Source of the DNA: an uncultured Acidobacteriota bacterium
Lineage (GTDB): Bacteria; Acidobacteriota; Thermoanaerobaculia; UBA5066; DATFVB01
Direction of reading: 5' to 3'
DNA length: 64,000 nucleotides
NCBI GenBank assembly: GCA_963813155.1
Contig: CAWEYG010000002.1
Span: forward strand, 448,001-512,000
The translations under genes and the position numbers were made by a program. Below the pieces are notes generated by a model. It worked only from the letters and a program-made list of their open reading frames with translations, was not told where the DNA came from and did not search any database. This document shows, in pieces, positions 1-10,552 of this stretch (its first letter is position 1; each line of letters opens with the position of its first letter).

Positions 1-32
1 AGGGCGAGGAGAAACACGACCAAAAGTCGCGA

Positions 33-140
33 GGGGTGGCGCGGGAGGAGACCCCTTTTGCCGCTCGCGGCGCGGAGTCGTAGCAAAGTCCTCCAATCGC
101 AGCGAGCGGAAAAGCGGGTCGAGTCCCGTGACAGGACCCC
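33..140. repeat. Palindromic repeat family A, copy 1
   Basis: The 39-bp core CCCCTTTTGCCGCTCGCGGCGCGGAGTCGTAGCAAAGTC (52-90) is identical to 38051-38089, and the right arm CGCAGCGAGCGGAAAAGCGGG is also shared. Forms an imperfect hairpin. Confidence 0.85.
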
Positions 141-163
141 GAGCGAGCCAGGCGAGTCGGTGC

Positions 164-3100
164 TCAACGAATCGCCGGCTGTCCGTAATCGCGCACCCAC
201 GCGTAGAACTTTTCGTTCGACACCGGCCTCGTCACCCATTCCTCGAGAAACTTCTCGTCCGGGAATTGTTCCGGTAAGGCGTACGGGTAGCGGCTCATGG
301 AGTGGAACGGGTAAGGCCCGATCTCCGCTCCGCTCAGCGTGTTCTTGTCGAAATCCTTGTCCCAGCCGTCGGAAACGAGAATGTAGTCGCGCTTCCACCC
401 CGCCCGCAGGGGGGGCAGCGCGCGCGCGTCGAAATCGATTCGAATCGAGTCGCCGCCGAGGAACGCGACCCACCTGTCGTCGCTTCGCGCGAGGAGCGGC
501 GTGACGTCGCCGTAGCGCGTGACCCGGCCGGAAACGTCCGCCCAGTGCGGCTGCCCCGAGACCTCGTCGTGGTCGAACACTTCCGGCCCGTCCGGCGTGT
601 CCCGATACCGCCGCGAGAAACCCCGCTCGGAAAGCGTCGCGCGGACCGGCGACAGCTCCGTCGTCGCGACTTCGACGGCAGGATCGTTCACGGTCACGAA
701 CGCCTGGTCCCAGTAGACCTCCATGGTCGTTCGAATTCGGACCCGGGGGTCGCGGGGATCGACGATCCCCGTCAGGTCGACCGGCATCGTCTTCGTCTTC
801 CCGGCGGGAAACCCGAACGACTCGATCGCGACCCTCCAGCCCCCTTTTCCGTCCGGCACTTCGAGCAGGGGCGGGAAGGGGCGGACGTCGCTTCGCTGGG
901 AGAGCGATACGTTGATTGACGTGTCGGTATAAAAGATCCAGCCGTTGAGAAACAGCATCACACGATCGCCCGCGCGAATCGGACCGAGGTCGAGCGTCAG
1001 AGAATGCTCGCTGCGCACGCCCTGGTAGGCCGTCGGGAGCCCCGGCGCGACGTACCGGCGATCCTCTCTCGCGAGGAGGTCCGTGACATCGACGCCGCCG
1101 TCGGCCCATGCCTTCCGGACGGGTCGCGGCCGCGCGACCGTGAAGATTTTCTTCTCCAGAATGCCGGGCACCATTCGTTCGTTCGGAACGAAGTCGGTTC
1201 CCGCCGGGTGATCGACCGCGACGAGGCGCGCCATGTCGAGAAAGGCCGCCTCCCAGAGCTCCTCCGTGTAATCGAGCTCCAGCCGCCCGTCCCGATCCGG
1301 CGAAAGCATCGCGCCGGGGATCTTCAGCCATTCGCGGGGGTCGGCGCCGGCCGCGTGTACCCCATCGTAGAGAAGGCCGAGGGGAGCGCGGCCGAGCGCG
1401 TCGGAGACGAAGCTCCATTTGCCGGTCGCCCCGTTGCGCGCGTACACGAACGGGCAAGAGCCCTTGAGCTGCTGGATCTCGTGGATCGTCGTTGACGCTC
1501 TCTGGTCGAAGAGATTCTGAGGGACCCCGTTCGTCCAGACGCACCGGACGACGTCCGCCTTCGGCCGCTTGCCGAGGCCGAAATGCGTCGGAAGAACGGT
1601 CACGGTCTGCGCGACGTAGAGGTCGCCCGCCTTCACTTCGAGAAGCGAGCCGACTCCTTCGCGGTTGACCTTGCCGGACCCCGAAGCGAGCCCCTGAAGG
1701 GTCACATCGAGCCAGCCGTTCGCGTTGCCGCCGTCGTTTTCGAGGAGCTTCGGGCCGCTCGCCGTCGCGAGCGCGAGGTCGAGATCTCCGTCCCGGTCGA
1801 AGTCGACGGCAACGATCGCGTCAACCGGATCCGCGATCTTCGGGGCGATCGGCCACCAGGTGAACGTCTCGAAACCGGCGTTCCGGTAGACGATCAGCCC
1901 GGACTCGCCGCCGACGGCGATATCGGGAAATCCGTCGTTGTCGAGATCGGCGATCGCGACGCTCCGCGGAACGAAACCTGCCGGGAGCTTCGCAAGGTCT
2001 CCCCCGGCAGCGCGCTCGAACTTTCCATCCCCCTTGTTGATGAGGAGAATGAGGGACTTCTTCGTCGCGACGACAAGGTCCGGAAGGCCGTCCGCGTCGA
2101 GATCGGCAACGGCGACGTCCACCGCTCCCGCGACGCCGAGAGAAACGTCCTGAAACCGACCCTGGCGCAGGTTCGACCGAACGACGAGGTCTCCCCGCGA
2201 GGTCACGCAGACGAGATCGGGATCGCCATCCCGGTCCACGTCCGCGACGACGACTCTCGACGATGAGAATTTCGCGTCTCCCGTCGCCGAGGTGGCGTCC
2301 GCCCAGGTTCCGTCGAGGTTGTTCCGAAGGAGCCGGTCGGGACCGCCCGAACCGAAGAGGTAGACGTCCAGGTCGCCGTCGAGATCGAAATCGAGAAACG
2401 CCGCGGCCCGATAGGGCGAAGGAATCGAGTAGGCCTGCGGAGCTCCCGAGTTCGAGAGGTCCACCCGGTAGCGAATCGCGTCCGGCGCGAATTCCCGCGC
2501 CCGCGCGGACTTTTCCACGAGCCTCACGGCAACGGGGGATCCGGCCCTCGGCCGGAGCGACTCTTCGAAGGCCGCGCCGAACGACTCGATCGGCAGGCCC
2601 GCGACGTCCGTGTACAGCTCGGAAAGGGACTGGCGATAGCGGTCCGTCACGCGCAGGAGATTCTCGACGATCCGGAACTTCAGCACCGCCTCTTTCGCCG
2701 GACCGGATCGCAGGAGCTCGCGCCCCTCCGAGAAGAATTTGGAAACGCGAGGGTCCATCGGCTCAAGGATCTCCACGATCTTCGCGAGCGTCTCGCGCGC
2801 GGCATCGGTCTCTCCCGAATCGATCCGCAGCAGGAGGAGCTTGAGAAGGGCCGCGAGGTTCGACGGGGACGCGCGAAGGATCTCCTGGAGATACCGGGCG
2901 AGCTCGGCCCGATTTCCCTTCTCGGCCGGGTCGATCTCCGCCGAGCGAATCCATCTCCAGCGCGATTCGAGATCTCGCGGCGAGGCCGCGGCCGCCTTCG
3001 CGAGCAGCGCGCGCATCGCCGGAGCATCGTTTTTCGCGCTCTCGATCGCCGCGCCGATCGCGTACAGGTCCGCTCTCGGCGGACCGAGGGACATCGCCCG

Positions 3101-3364
3101 GGCGAGGAGTTTCGAGGCCTCGGGCAGATCGTTGCTCCGCAGCGCCGCGACCGACGCGTCGGCGGGAGGCAGGGCGTCCCGCGGAACGAGCTCCGCGAGC
3201 TTCTGGAACGAGGCGAGCGCCTCGCGGTTCTTCCCCTCTTCGAGCTCCGCGAGACCCCGGTTCTTCAGGGAGAGGATCACGGCGGCTCGATCCGGGCTCG
3301 CCGCGGCAGCCGCCCGCGCGAGAACCGCGGCGGCAAGGACGGGAAGGAAGACGAATCGCCTCAA
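164..3364 (-). CDS. Secreted TPR + FG-GAP repeat + ASPIC/UnbV (CRTAC1-like) protein
   Basis: Signal peptide, N-terminal TPR-like helices, repeated DFDxDGDLD motifs, HFGLG ASPIC motif and KGSCPF C-terminal domain. Start placed at TTG 3364; the ORF is open to 3433. Confidence 0.85.
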   Translation of the reverse strand: MRRFVFLPVLAAAVLARAAAAASPDRAAVILSLKNRGLAELEEGKNREALASFQKLAELVPRDALPPADASVAALRSNDLPEASKLLARAMSLGPPRADLYAIGAAIESAKNDAPAMRALLAKAAAASPRDLESRWRWIRSAEIDPAEKGNRAELARYLQEILRASPSNLAALLKLLLLRIDSGETDAARETLAKIVEILEPMDPRVSKFFSEGRELLRSGPAKEAVLKFRIVENLLRVTDRYRQSLSELYTDVAGLPIESFGAAFEESLRPRAGSPVAVRLVEKSARAREFAPDAIRYRVDLSNSGAPQAYSIPSPYRAAAFLDFDLDGDLDVYLFGSGGPDRLLRNNLDGTWADATSATGDAKFSSSRVVVADVDRDGDPDLVCVTSRGDLVVRSNLRQGRFQDVSLGVAGAVDVAVADLDADGLPDLVVATKKSLILLINKGDGKFERAAGGDLAKLPAGFVPRSVAIADLDNDGFPDIAVGGESGLIVYRNAGFETFTWWPIAPKIADPVDAIVAVDFDRDGDLDLALATASGPKLLENDGGNANGWLDVTLQGLASGSGKVNREGVGSLLEVKAGDLYVAQTVTVLPTHFGLGKRPKADVVRCVWTNGVPQNLFDQRASTTIHEIQQLKGSCPFVYARNGATGKWSFVSDALGRAPLGLLYDGVHAAGADPREWLKIPGAMLSPDRDGRLELDYTEELWEAAFLDMARLVAVDHPAGTDFVPNERMVPGILEKKIFTVARPRPVRKAWADGGVDVTDLLAREDRRYVAPGLPTAYQGVRSEHSLTLDLGPIRAGDRVMLFLNGWIFYTDTSINVSLSQRSDVRPFPPLLEVPDGKGGWRVAIESFGFPAGKTKTMPVDLTGIVDPRDPRVRIRTTMEVYWDQAFVTVNDPAVEVATTELSPVRATLSERGFSRRYRDTPDGPEVFDHDEVSGQPHWADVSGRVTRYGDVTPLLARSDDRWVAFLGGDSIRIDFDARALPPLRAGWKRDYILVSDGWDKDFDKNTLSGAEIGPYPFHSMSRYPYALPEQFPDEKFLEEWVTRPVSNEKFYAWVRDYGQPAIR

Positions 3365-3413
3365 CCGCGCGAATTCTATCGGTTCTGCGAAGGCGTGAGA
3401 TATAAATCGCGGG

Positions 3414-4142
3414 ATGAAAATCGTCGGGGTCATCCCGTCGCGGCTCGGGTCGACGCGGCTGCCGAGAAAGCCGCTCGCCGTGATCGCCGGAAAGGCGATG
3501 GTCGAGCGCGTCTACGAGGGAGCGCGGGGCTTCGGGGGCTGGGCGAGCCTCGTCGTCGCGACGGATTCGGACGAGATCCTCGCTTTCTGCCGTTCCCGCG
3601 GAATCGACGCGGAGCTGACGTCTTCTTCGCACGTGTCCGGGACCGACCGGATCCGCGAGATCGCATCCCGACGCGAGGCGGACGTGTACGTCAACGTCCA
3701 GGGAGACGAGCCGATGGTGACCGCGGCCCACATCGAAGCGCTCGTGCGCCCGTTTCTCTCCGGCCCGGGCGTCTCCGTCACGACGCTCGCGCTCCCCCTT
3801 CCCGAGGCGGAGGCCGGCAATCCGAATACCGTCAAGGTCGTTTCGCGAAGGGACGGACGAGCTCTCTATTTCTCGCGCAGCCCGATACCGTTCGATCGCG
3901 ACGGCGCCGGGGCCCGCTATTGGAAGCACCTCGGCTTCTACGCGTACCGGGGCGAAATGCTGAACGCGTTTTCGAGCCTTTCCCCTTCCCCTCTCGAAAC
4001 GGCCGAGCGGCTCGAGCAGCTGCGATTCCTCGAGAACGGAATCGACATCCACGTCGCCGAATCGCCGGCCGACACCTGGAGCGTCGACACCGCGGAAGAT
4101 CTCGCGCGCGTCGAAAAATATTTCCAAAAACTCTCCTCGTAA
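3414..4142 (+). CDS. kdsB: 3-deoxy-manno-octulosonate cytidylyltransferase
   Basis: Motifs IPSRLGSTRLPRKPL, SGTDR, NVQGDEP, ALYFSRSPIP, LEQLRFLENG and SVDT. Confidence 0.95.
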   Translation: MKIVGVIPSRLGSTRLPRKPLAVIAGKAMVERVYEGARGFGGWASLVVATDSDEILAFCRSRGIDAELTSSSHVSGTDRIREIASRREADVYVNVQGDEPMVTAAHIEALVRPFLSGPGVSVTTLALPLPEAEAGNPNTVKVVSRRDGRALYFSRSPIPFDRDGAGARYWKHLGFYAYRGEMLNAFSSLSPSPLETAERLEQLRFLENGIDIHVAESPADTWSVDTAEDLARVEKYFQKLSS

Positions 4143-4167
4143 AACTTTCCCGCCGGACCTCGAATTT

Positions 4168-4183
4168 CGGCATCCCTCTTGCT
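4168..4183 (+). promoter_or_regulatory. Putative sigma54 (-24/-12) promoter
   Basis: CGGCATCCCTCTTGCT has the exact GG-N10-GC spacing and lies ~85 bp upstream of the ATG at 4268. Confidence 0.55.
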
Positions 4184-4267
4184 CATATCTCCAGTGGGGC
4201 TCCGGCACAGAGCATGTCTGGCCGAGAGTCGCCGAATGAGGACTTTGCCAATTAAGGAGGTTTGCAC

Positions 4268-4891
4268 ATGACGAAACGATTGACTCTTCTCGCCGGCGTG
4301 GCCCTCGGCTGTGCCGCGGCCGCGTTCGGCCAGAATTCGACAACGTATGAGAAGACCCAGCAATCGACCGACGGCACCGTCACGACGACGACCCGCACCA
4401 CTTTCAGCGGACCGATCGTCAGCTACGAGCCGGGCCAGGCGATCGTTCTCCGGGAAGACGGCAAGACCGTACGGTACGTACTGAGCCCCGGCGCCGAGAT
4501 CCCCTCGGATGTCGCGGTGGGCAAAGTCGTGACCGTGACGACGACGCCCGACTCGAAGACCGTGACCCGCGTGGTCACCACGGACACGAACATGCGGGGC
4601 GAGCCCCGGCAAACGACGGAAACCCGGGAAGTCGATTCTTCGGGCAACGTCACCACCACGAAGGAAACGACCGTGTACGGCACCGTCTCTTCCTTTGAGG
4701 CTGGAAAGTCCCTGACGATCACCGACAAGCACGGCAAGCGCGTGACCTACGTCGTGACCGACCAGTCCCAGCTTCCCACCTCGATCAAGATCGGGAAGAA
4801 GGTCCGGATCTACACGATCCCGGCCGAAGGGAGCTCGGGTCCCGTCGTGAAACGGGTCACCGTGACGACCGAGACGAATACTCCGGAATAA
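4268..4891 (+). CDS. Secreted Thr-rich protein with two repeated small beta-barrel (DUF5666/OB-like) units
   Basis: RBS AAGGAGG at 4254-4260 and a signal peptide. Internal repeat GPIVSYEPGQAIVL..GKTVRYV / GTVSSFEAGKSLTI..GKRVTYV. Confidence 0.75.
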   Translation: MTKRLTLLAGVALGCAAAAFGQNSTTYEKTQQSTDGTVTTTTRTTFSGPIVSYEPGQAIVLREDGKTVRYVLSPGAEIPSDVAVGKVVTVTTTPDSKTVTRVVTTDTNMRGEPRQTTETREVDSSGNVTTTKETTVYGTVSSFEAGKSLTITDKHGKRVTYVVTDQSQLPTSIKIGKKVRIYTIPAEGSSGPVVKRVTVTTETNTPE

Positions 4892-4920
4892 CATTCCCAC
4901 GGCCCCACAGCCACGGGATC

Positions 4921-4953
4921 GCCCGCCGCCGCTCCGGCGGCGGGCGCGTTTTT
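4921..4953 (+). terminator. Rho-independent terminator between convergent genes
   Basis: GCCCGCCGCC-gctcc-GGCGGCGGGC stem followed by a T run. Confidence 0.75.
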
Positions 4954-4955
4954 CC

Positions 4956-6119
4956 TCAGTCCATCTGCCGGCGAAGCACCGTCGGAATGTCGAAATCCTC
5001 GCCCCGCGCGGAGGCGTTCGGGCCGAACCCCGTCGGGTCGTCGCCGCGCAGGAAGTGAGAGCGCTTCGGCGACGGCTCGACTTCCTCTTCCTGCTGCGCT
5101 TTCGCTTTGCCGCGCTCGTGCTCCGAGTCGAACCCGGTCGCGATGACGGTCACCTTGACGGATCCGGTCAGCCGCTCGTCGGTGACGCAGCCGAAGATGA
5201 TCTCGGCGTCGGGGTCCGCCGCGCGCTGGATGATTTCCGCGGCCTCGTTGATCTCGAAGAGCGTCAGGTCGGCCCCTCCGGTGATGTTGATCAGCACTCC
5301 GCGCGCGCCTTCGATCGACGCGTCCTCGAGAAGCGGCGAGGAGATCGCGGCCTGGGCGGCGGCAACCGCACGGTTCTCGCCGGAGGCGACACCCGTGCCC
5401 ATGAGGGCCCGACCCATGTCCGCCATGATCTTCTTCACGTCCGCGAAATCCAGGTTGATTTCGCCGGGAGAGGTGATGAGGTCGGAGATTCCTTGAATCG
5501 CCTGCCGGAGGATGTCGTCGGCGATTCGGAAGGCTTCGAGGTGCGTCGTGTTGCGTTCGACGAACGAGAGGAGGCGCTGGTTGGGGACCGTGATCAGCGT
5601 GTCCACGTGGTCGCGCAACTCGCGCATTCCCCTCTCCGCCTGCCGCATGCGCTTGGCCCCCTCGAAGAGAAAAGGCTTCGTGACGATGCCGACCGTGAGC
5701 GCTCCCTGCTCCGCCGCGAGCTTCGCGATCACGGGAGCGGCGCCGGTGCCCGTGCCGCCGCCCAGGCCCGCGGCGATGAACACCATGTCGGAGCCGGCGA
5801 GGGTCGCGCCGAGCTTCTCCAGGTCCTCGAGGGCGGCGTTCTTCCCGATGTCCGGGTCGGCGCCCGCCCCCAGGCCTTTCGTCAGGCGTGAGCCAAGTTG
5901 AACCTTATGAGGAGCTTGCGACTTCCTCAGCGCCTGCAGATCCGTGTTGCAGGCGATGAACTCGATCCCGCGGATCCCCGCGGCGATCATCCGGTTGACG
6001 GCATTCGAGCCGCCACCTCCCACTCCCAGCACGCGGATCCGCGCGGGAGCGGCATCGGAGTCTTCGAGCTCGATCGGGAGCCGATGGTCGGGGGATTCGT
6101 CGAACGTGATCATCGTCAT
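4956..6119 (-). CDS. ftsZ: Cell division protein FtsZ
   Basis: [13 protein letters not shown], tubulin signature [15 protein letters not shown] and C-terminal [11 protein letters not shown]. Confidence 0.98.
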   Translation of the reverse strand: MTMITFDESPDHRLPIELEDSDAAPARIRVLGVGGGGSNAVNRMIAAGIRGIEFIACNTDLQALRKSQAPHKVQLGSRLTKGLGAGADPDIGKNAALEDLEKLGATLAGSDMVFIAAGLGGGTGTGAAPVIAKLAAEQGALTVGIVTKPFLFEGAKRMRQAERGMRELRDHVDTLITVPNQRLLSFVERNTTHLEAFRIADDILRQAIQGISDLITSPGEINLDFADVKKIMADMGRALMGTGVASGENRAVAAAQAAISSPLLEDASIEGARGVLINITGGADLTLFEINEAAEIIQRAADPDAEIIFGCVTDERLTGSVKVTVIATGFDSEHERGKAKAQQEEEVEPSPKRSHFLRGDDPTGFGPNASARGEDFDIPTVLRRQMD

Positions 6120-6123
6120 CTCC

Positions 6124-7341
6124 TCAGAAAAAGTCTCCGAAAAACTTCTTCACGCGCGCCAGCGAAAAACCCTTTGGCTTTCGATGGGCCTGGTACCTTT
6201 GTCCGTAGAGCAAGAGCCCGGTCGCCACCGCCCACTCCGGGCGCGAGACGACGTCGACGAGTCCTCCGATTCCCGTGGAGGGTACGCCTCGACGTACCGG
6301 TCCGTCAAAGACCGTCTCGGCGACTTCGAGGAGGCCGTCCATTTCCGAACCGCCCCCGGTGAGCACGTAGCCCGACCGAAGATCCGAGTCGAGGCCCAGT
6401 CTCTTGACCTCGTCGCGAACGAGAGTCATCAATTCTTCCGCGCGCGGCTGCAGAATGTCCGCGAGCATCGTCCGGGGGCACAGCTTCGGCGTGCGGCCGC
6501 CGACCATCGGGACCTCGACCATTTCCTCCTCGGAAACCGAGGATCGGAGCGCGGAGCCCGACTTTTTCTTGATTCGCTCCGCGTCGGGGATCGGCGTGCG
6601 CAGCACGACCGCGAGATCGTTCGTGAAATGGTCGCCGCCGACGGGCAGCACGGCCGTGTGCGCGATCGAGCCCTTCTGGTAGACGGCGACTTCCGTCGTT
6701 CCGCCGCCGATGTCCGCGAGGCAGACGCCGAGCTCCTTCTCGTCGGCGGCCAGGACCGCCTCGGCGGCCGCAAACTGCTCCAGAACGAGCTCGACGACCT
6801 CGATGCCCGACTTGTTGAGGCACGCGGCCAGGTTCTGGGACACCGCGATGGGCGCGGTCACGATGTGGACGTTCGCTTCGAGCCTCGCCCCCACCATCCC
6901 GAGGGGGTCCGCGATCCCGTCCTGCCCGTCCACGGAGAACTCCCGCGGGATCGCGTGGACGATTTCGTGGTCCTGGGGTACCTGCACGGATTTCGCGGCG
7001 TCGACGACGCGGAAAATGTCCTCGCGCGAGATCTCGCGGGCCTTCCCGGAGACGGCCACGACGCCCCGGCTGTTGAACGAGCGGACCGACGAGCCCGAGA
7101 GGCCGGCGTAGGCGCGGGTGATCTGGGCTCCCGCCATGATCTCGGCCTCCTCGGCCGATCTCTTGATCGCCTCGACGGTGGAATCCACGTTGATGATGTT
7201 CCCCTTGCGGGCGCCGCGGTGCGCCGTCGAGCCTTTTCCGAGGATGTCGAGCCCCCCGCGGGCGTTCGGCTCCCCGATGAGGATGCAGACCTTCGACGAC
7301 CCGATGTCGCACGCCACGAGGAAGCTCTCCGGTTTCGCCAT
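6124..7341 (-). CDS. ftsA: Cell division protein FtsA
   Basis: DIGSSKV, DIGGGTT, VLTGGGS and a C-terminal amphipathic helix. ATG overlaps the ftsQ stop. Confidence 0.96.
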   Translation of the reverse strand: MAKPESFLVACDIGSSKVCILIGEPNARGGLDILGKGSTAHRGARKGNIINVDSTVEAIKRSAEEAEIMAGAQITRAYAGLSGSSVRSFNSRGVVAVSGKAREISREDIFRVVDAAKSVQVPQDHEIVHAIPREFSVDGQDGIADPLGMVGARLEANVHIVTAPIAVSQNLAACLNKSGIEVVELVLEQFAAAEAVLAADEKELGVCLADIGGGTTEVAVYQKGSIAHTAVLPVGGDHFTNDLAVVLRTPIPDAERIKKKSGSALRSSVSEEEMVEVPMVGGRTPKLCPRTMLADILQPRAEELMTLVRDEVKRLGLDSDLRSGYVLTGGGSEMDGLLEVAETVFDGPVRRGVPSTGIGGLVDVVSRPEWAVATGLLLYGQRYQAHRKPKGFSLARVKKFFGDFF

Positions 7342-8096
7342 CAGACGCTCTTGCCTCCCCCGAATGCTCCGAGCAGAACGACGCGGCGCTCGAAGCGAAG
7401 GTCCACCCCGCGCGGCGACAGCCCGCGGGAAACGATCTCCGAGCGAAGAGAGAGGAGATCCCGCACCCGGGCCGGAGCATTCTCGGCCGAAACGTAAATC
7501 GGAATGCGAAGGCTCGAGTCCATCAGGGCAAACCCTCCCGAAGGGAGAGACCAGATCTCGGAGACCGACGAAGCATATGCCGGAATTTCCTTTTGAAGCG
7601 AGCCGAGAAGAGCGGCGGCTTCGGGAAGGCGTTCCGCGGGCGCCGTGATCACGGGGTAGTCTCCGGCTTCCTCGCGCGGATCGTAGGGCGCGACGACCTC
7701 GCCCGAGGTGCCGAGCCACGAAAGGGAGGACCCGATGCGGCAGAACGCGATCGCGGTCTTTTCCTTCACCGAAACCCGAAGCGCGTCGGGAAAGACTTTC
7801 GACACGGTCACGCGCTCCACCCACGGGGCCTTCTCGAGGGCGGCGGCGACCGGGGCGAGGTTCAACAGAAGCAGGTTTTTTCTCTCGAACGGCGCGAGCG
7901 CCGCCATGAGGTCGCGCGTTCGAGTGCGGCGAGTTCCTTCGAATTCGAACCGGCTCAACGCGAGCGCCGGGCCTCGAAGATACCGGTACGAGGCGCCGCC
8001 GGCGGCCGCGAGGAACAGGACCCAGAAGATCGCCGAGATGCGGCGCGGCCGCGAAGCCCTCGCGATTCCGGGACGGAGGAAACGTTTCGCGGTCAT
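7341..8096 (-). CDS. ftsQ: Cell division protein FtsQ/DivIB
   Basis: TM helix, POTRA domain (PWVERVTVSKVFPDAL), C-terminal VDLRF, and dcw position. Confidence 0.88.
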   Translation of the reverse strand: MTAKRFLRPGIARASRPRRISAIFWVLFLAAAGGASYRYLRGPALALSRFEFEGTRRTRTRDLMAALAPFERKNLLLLNLAPVAAALEKAPWVERVTVSKVFPDALRVSVKEKTAIAFCRIGSSLSWLGTSGEVVAPYDPREEAGDYPVITAPAERLPEAAALLGSLQKEIPAYASSVSEIWSLPSGGFALMDSSLRIPIYVSAENAPARVRDLLSLRSEIVSRGLSPRGVDLRFERRVVLLGAFGGGKSV

Positions 8097-9472
8097 CCGG
8101 CCGCCCCCTTCAGGTATTCCTCGCCGAACCGATACACGTCGCCGGCCCCCATCGTGAGAAGGAGATCGCCGGGCCGCAGGTGGGTTTCGAGACCGGGCAG
8201 GACCTCGCTCCGCTTCTCGAGAAATACCGCCTGCCGATGCCCGAGCGAAGCGGCCTGGTCGACGACCATCCGCCCGGAAACGCCCGGAATCGGGGCCTCC
8301 CGGGAAGGGTAGATCTCGGTCACGAGCGCCACGTCGGCCGCGTTGAGCGCCCGCCCGAACTCGCGCGCGAAGTCGCGAGTCCGCGAGAAGAGGTGCGGCT
8401 GGAACAGCGCGACGAGGCGCCGCCGGGGGTGCGCCTGCCTCGCCGCCGCGAGCGTCGCGGAAACCTCGGTCGGATGGTGCGCGTAATCGTCGACGACGAG
8501 CACGTCGCCGCGCTCGCCCTTCACTTCGAAGCGCCTCGCGACGCCGTCGAAACTCGCGAGGGCTGCGGCCGCGACCGCGAACGGGATCGAGAGCTCGCGG
8601 GCCACGGCGAGCGCCGCGAGGGCGTTGCGGACGTTGTGGCGGCCGGGAAGGGGCAGGAACGCCTCGCCGGTGAATCCCGGCTCGTCGCCGGCGACGGTGA
8701 ACCGGGCTCCGGACGCATCGAGAGCGAGGTCGCGGGCTCGCAGCGACGCCTGGGGCGACTCGCCGAACGTCACGACGCGGCGAGAGAACCGCCGGATCAA
8801 CTCGCTCGCGTTCGGATCGTCCAGCCCCACGAAGACGGCGCCGTAGAACGGGACGCGGTTCGCGAACGCCGTGAACGCTCCCATGATCTCCGAGAGGTCC
8901 CGGTAACAGTCCAGGTGGTCCTCTTCCACGTTCGTGACGACGGCGAGCACCGGGGTCAGCTCCAGGAACGACCGGTCGTACTCGTCGGCTTCCGCGACGA
9001 GCCATTCGCCCTTGCCGAGGCGCGCGTTGGTCCCGAGGTAGTGCGCCCGGCCGCCGACGAGAATCGTCGGGTCGAGGTCCGCGGCCAGGAGAATCGCGCC
9101 GATCATCGACGTCGTCGTCGTTTTTCCGTGCGTGCCGGCGACCGCGATCCCCTGCTTCAGGCGCATGATCTCGCCGAGCATCTCGGCCCGGCGAATCACC
9201 GGAATCGCCCTCGCTCGAGCCTGCTTCACCTCGTCGTTGTCCTCGGCGAGCGCGGACGTGATCACGAGGAGATCCACGGAGTCGACGTGGCTCGCGGAAT
9301 GCCCGATCGAAACGGAAATGCCGAGCGACCGGAGGCGGCGCGTCGTGTCCGATTCAGCCGCGTCGCAGCCGGAAATCGAGAGCGGATACGAGAGCAGGAG
9401 CTCCGCCAGCCCCGACATTCCGACGCCGCCGATGCCGACGAAATGGATGCGGGAAAGCTTCAGGAACCTCAC
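8093..9472 (-). CDS. murC: UDP-N-acetylmuramate--L-alanine ligase
   Basis: HFVGIGGVGMSGLA, AGTHGKTTTT, DDYAHHPTEV and FQPH. GTG start overlaps the murG stop. Confidence 0.96.
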   Translation of the reverse strand: MRFLKLSRIHFVGIGGVGMSGLAELLLSYPLSISGCDAAESDTTRRLRSLGISVSIGHSASHVDSVDLLVITSALAEDNDEVKQARARAIPVIRRAEMLGEIMRLKQGIAVAGTHGKTTTTSMIGAILLAADLDPTILVGGRAHYLGTNARLGKGEWLVAEADEYDRSFLELTPVLAVVTNVEEDHLDCYRDLSEIMGAFTAFANRVPFYGAVFVGLDDPNASELIRRFSRRVVTFGESPQASLRARDLALDASGARFTVAGDEPGFTGEAFLPLPGRHNVRNALAALAVARELSIPFAVAAAALASFDGVARRFEVKGERGDVLVVDDYAHHPTEVSATLAAARQAHPRRRLVALFQPHLFSRTRDFAREFGRALNAADVALVTEIYPSREAPIPGVSGRMVVDQAASLGHRQAVFLEKRSEVLPGLETHLRPGDLLLTMGAGDVYRFGEEYLKGAAG

Positions 9473-10551
9473 GAGACTTCTCCCGCGACCGTGAAGAAGA
9501 GGTCGACGATCCGCCGCGTCGCGTCGGGACGCGACAGCGCCCGCGCGGCTTTTCCCATCGCGACGAGCCGTTCGGGCGAGGAAAGGAGCATTTCGATGTC
9601 GGGCGCGATTCGCTCGTCCGCCTCGACTTCCCGCACCACGATCGCCGCTCCGGCCGCTTCCATCTCCCGCGCGTTGGCCTCCTGGTGGCCGTGCGTGGCG
9701 GCCGCGAAGGGAACGAGGACGGCGGGTCGTCCGGCGGCGCAGAGCTCGGCGACCGTGAGCGCTCCCGCACGGCAAACGACGAGGTCGGACCCTTCGAGCT
9801 GCTTCCAGATCTCCGGAAAGAACGCCTCGACCGTCGCATCCGGGAAGGACTCGAAAGCGGCTCGCACCGAGGCGAGCTCCCTGTCTCCCGTCTGGGCGAC
9901 GACGCGAATTCCCGCCGCCCGAAGCGCGGACGCGGACCGGACCAGCGCGCGATTCAGCGCGCGCGAGCCCTGGCTCCCGCCGAAGAAGAACACGATCCTC
10001 GATCGGGGCCGCGACTCGAGCGACGCCACGTCGAAGAATTCCGGGCGAACGGGGTTGCCGGTCCAGACCGCGCGCGCGCCGAACCGCGACGCGGCGGATT
10101 CGAATCCAACCGCGGCCGCGGCGGCGAATCGCCCCGCGATCCGATTCGCGACCCCCGGCACGGAGTTCTGCTCCTGGATCATCGCCGGAATCCCCGAGAA
10201 TCTCGCCGCCAGGACGACGGGAAGCGAAGCGTATCCGCCAACGCCCAGAACGGCGCGGACGCGGCGGCGGCGAAGCAGCGAGCGCGCCTGGAAGAATCCC
10301 CGGACGAGCGACAGGAGCGCTCCCATTTTGGAACGCCAACCCGTTCCGACGAAGCCGGAAGCGGAAACGAACTCGATCGGAAATCCCTCGCGGGGCGCCA
10401 CGCGGGCTTCCATCCCGCGCGGAGTGCCGACGAACAGCACCTCGGCGAGCGGCCGGCGCCTCCGGATCTCGCGCGCGATCGCGACGGCCGGGAACACGTG
10501 GCCCCCGGTGCCCCCGCCCGCGAGAACGAATGCTCCACTCCCTTCCTCCAT
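9469..10551 (-). CDS. murG: MurG glycosyltransferase
   Basis: GGGTGGHVFP, GGYAS, EQN, GNPVR, GGSQG and RAGALT. Confidence 0.96.
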   Translation of the reverse strand: MEEGSGAFVLAGGGTGGHVFPAVAIAREIRRRRPLAEVLFVGTPRGMEARVAPREGFPIEFVSASGFVGTGWRSKMGALLSLVRGFFQARSLLRRRRVRAVLGVGGYASLPVVLAARFSGIPAMIQEQNSVPGVANRIAGRFAAAAAVGFESAASRFGARAVWTGNPVRPEFFDVASLESRPRSRIVFFFGGSQGSRALNRALVRSASALRAAGIRVVAQTGDRELASVRAAFESFPDATVEAFFPEIWKQLEGSDLVVCRAGALTVAELCAAGRPAVLVPFAAATHGHQEANAREMEAAGAAIVVREVEADERIAPDIEMLLSSPERLVAMGKAARALSRPDATRRIVDLFFTVAGEVS

Positions 10552-10552
10552 C

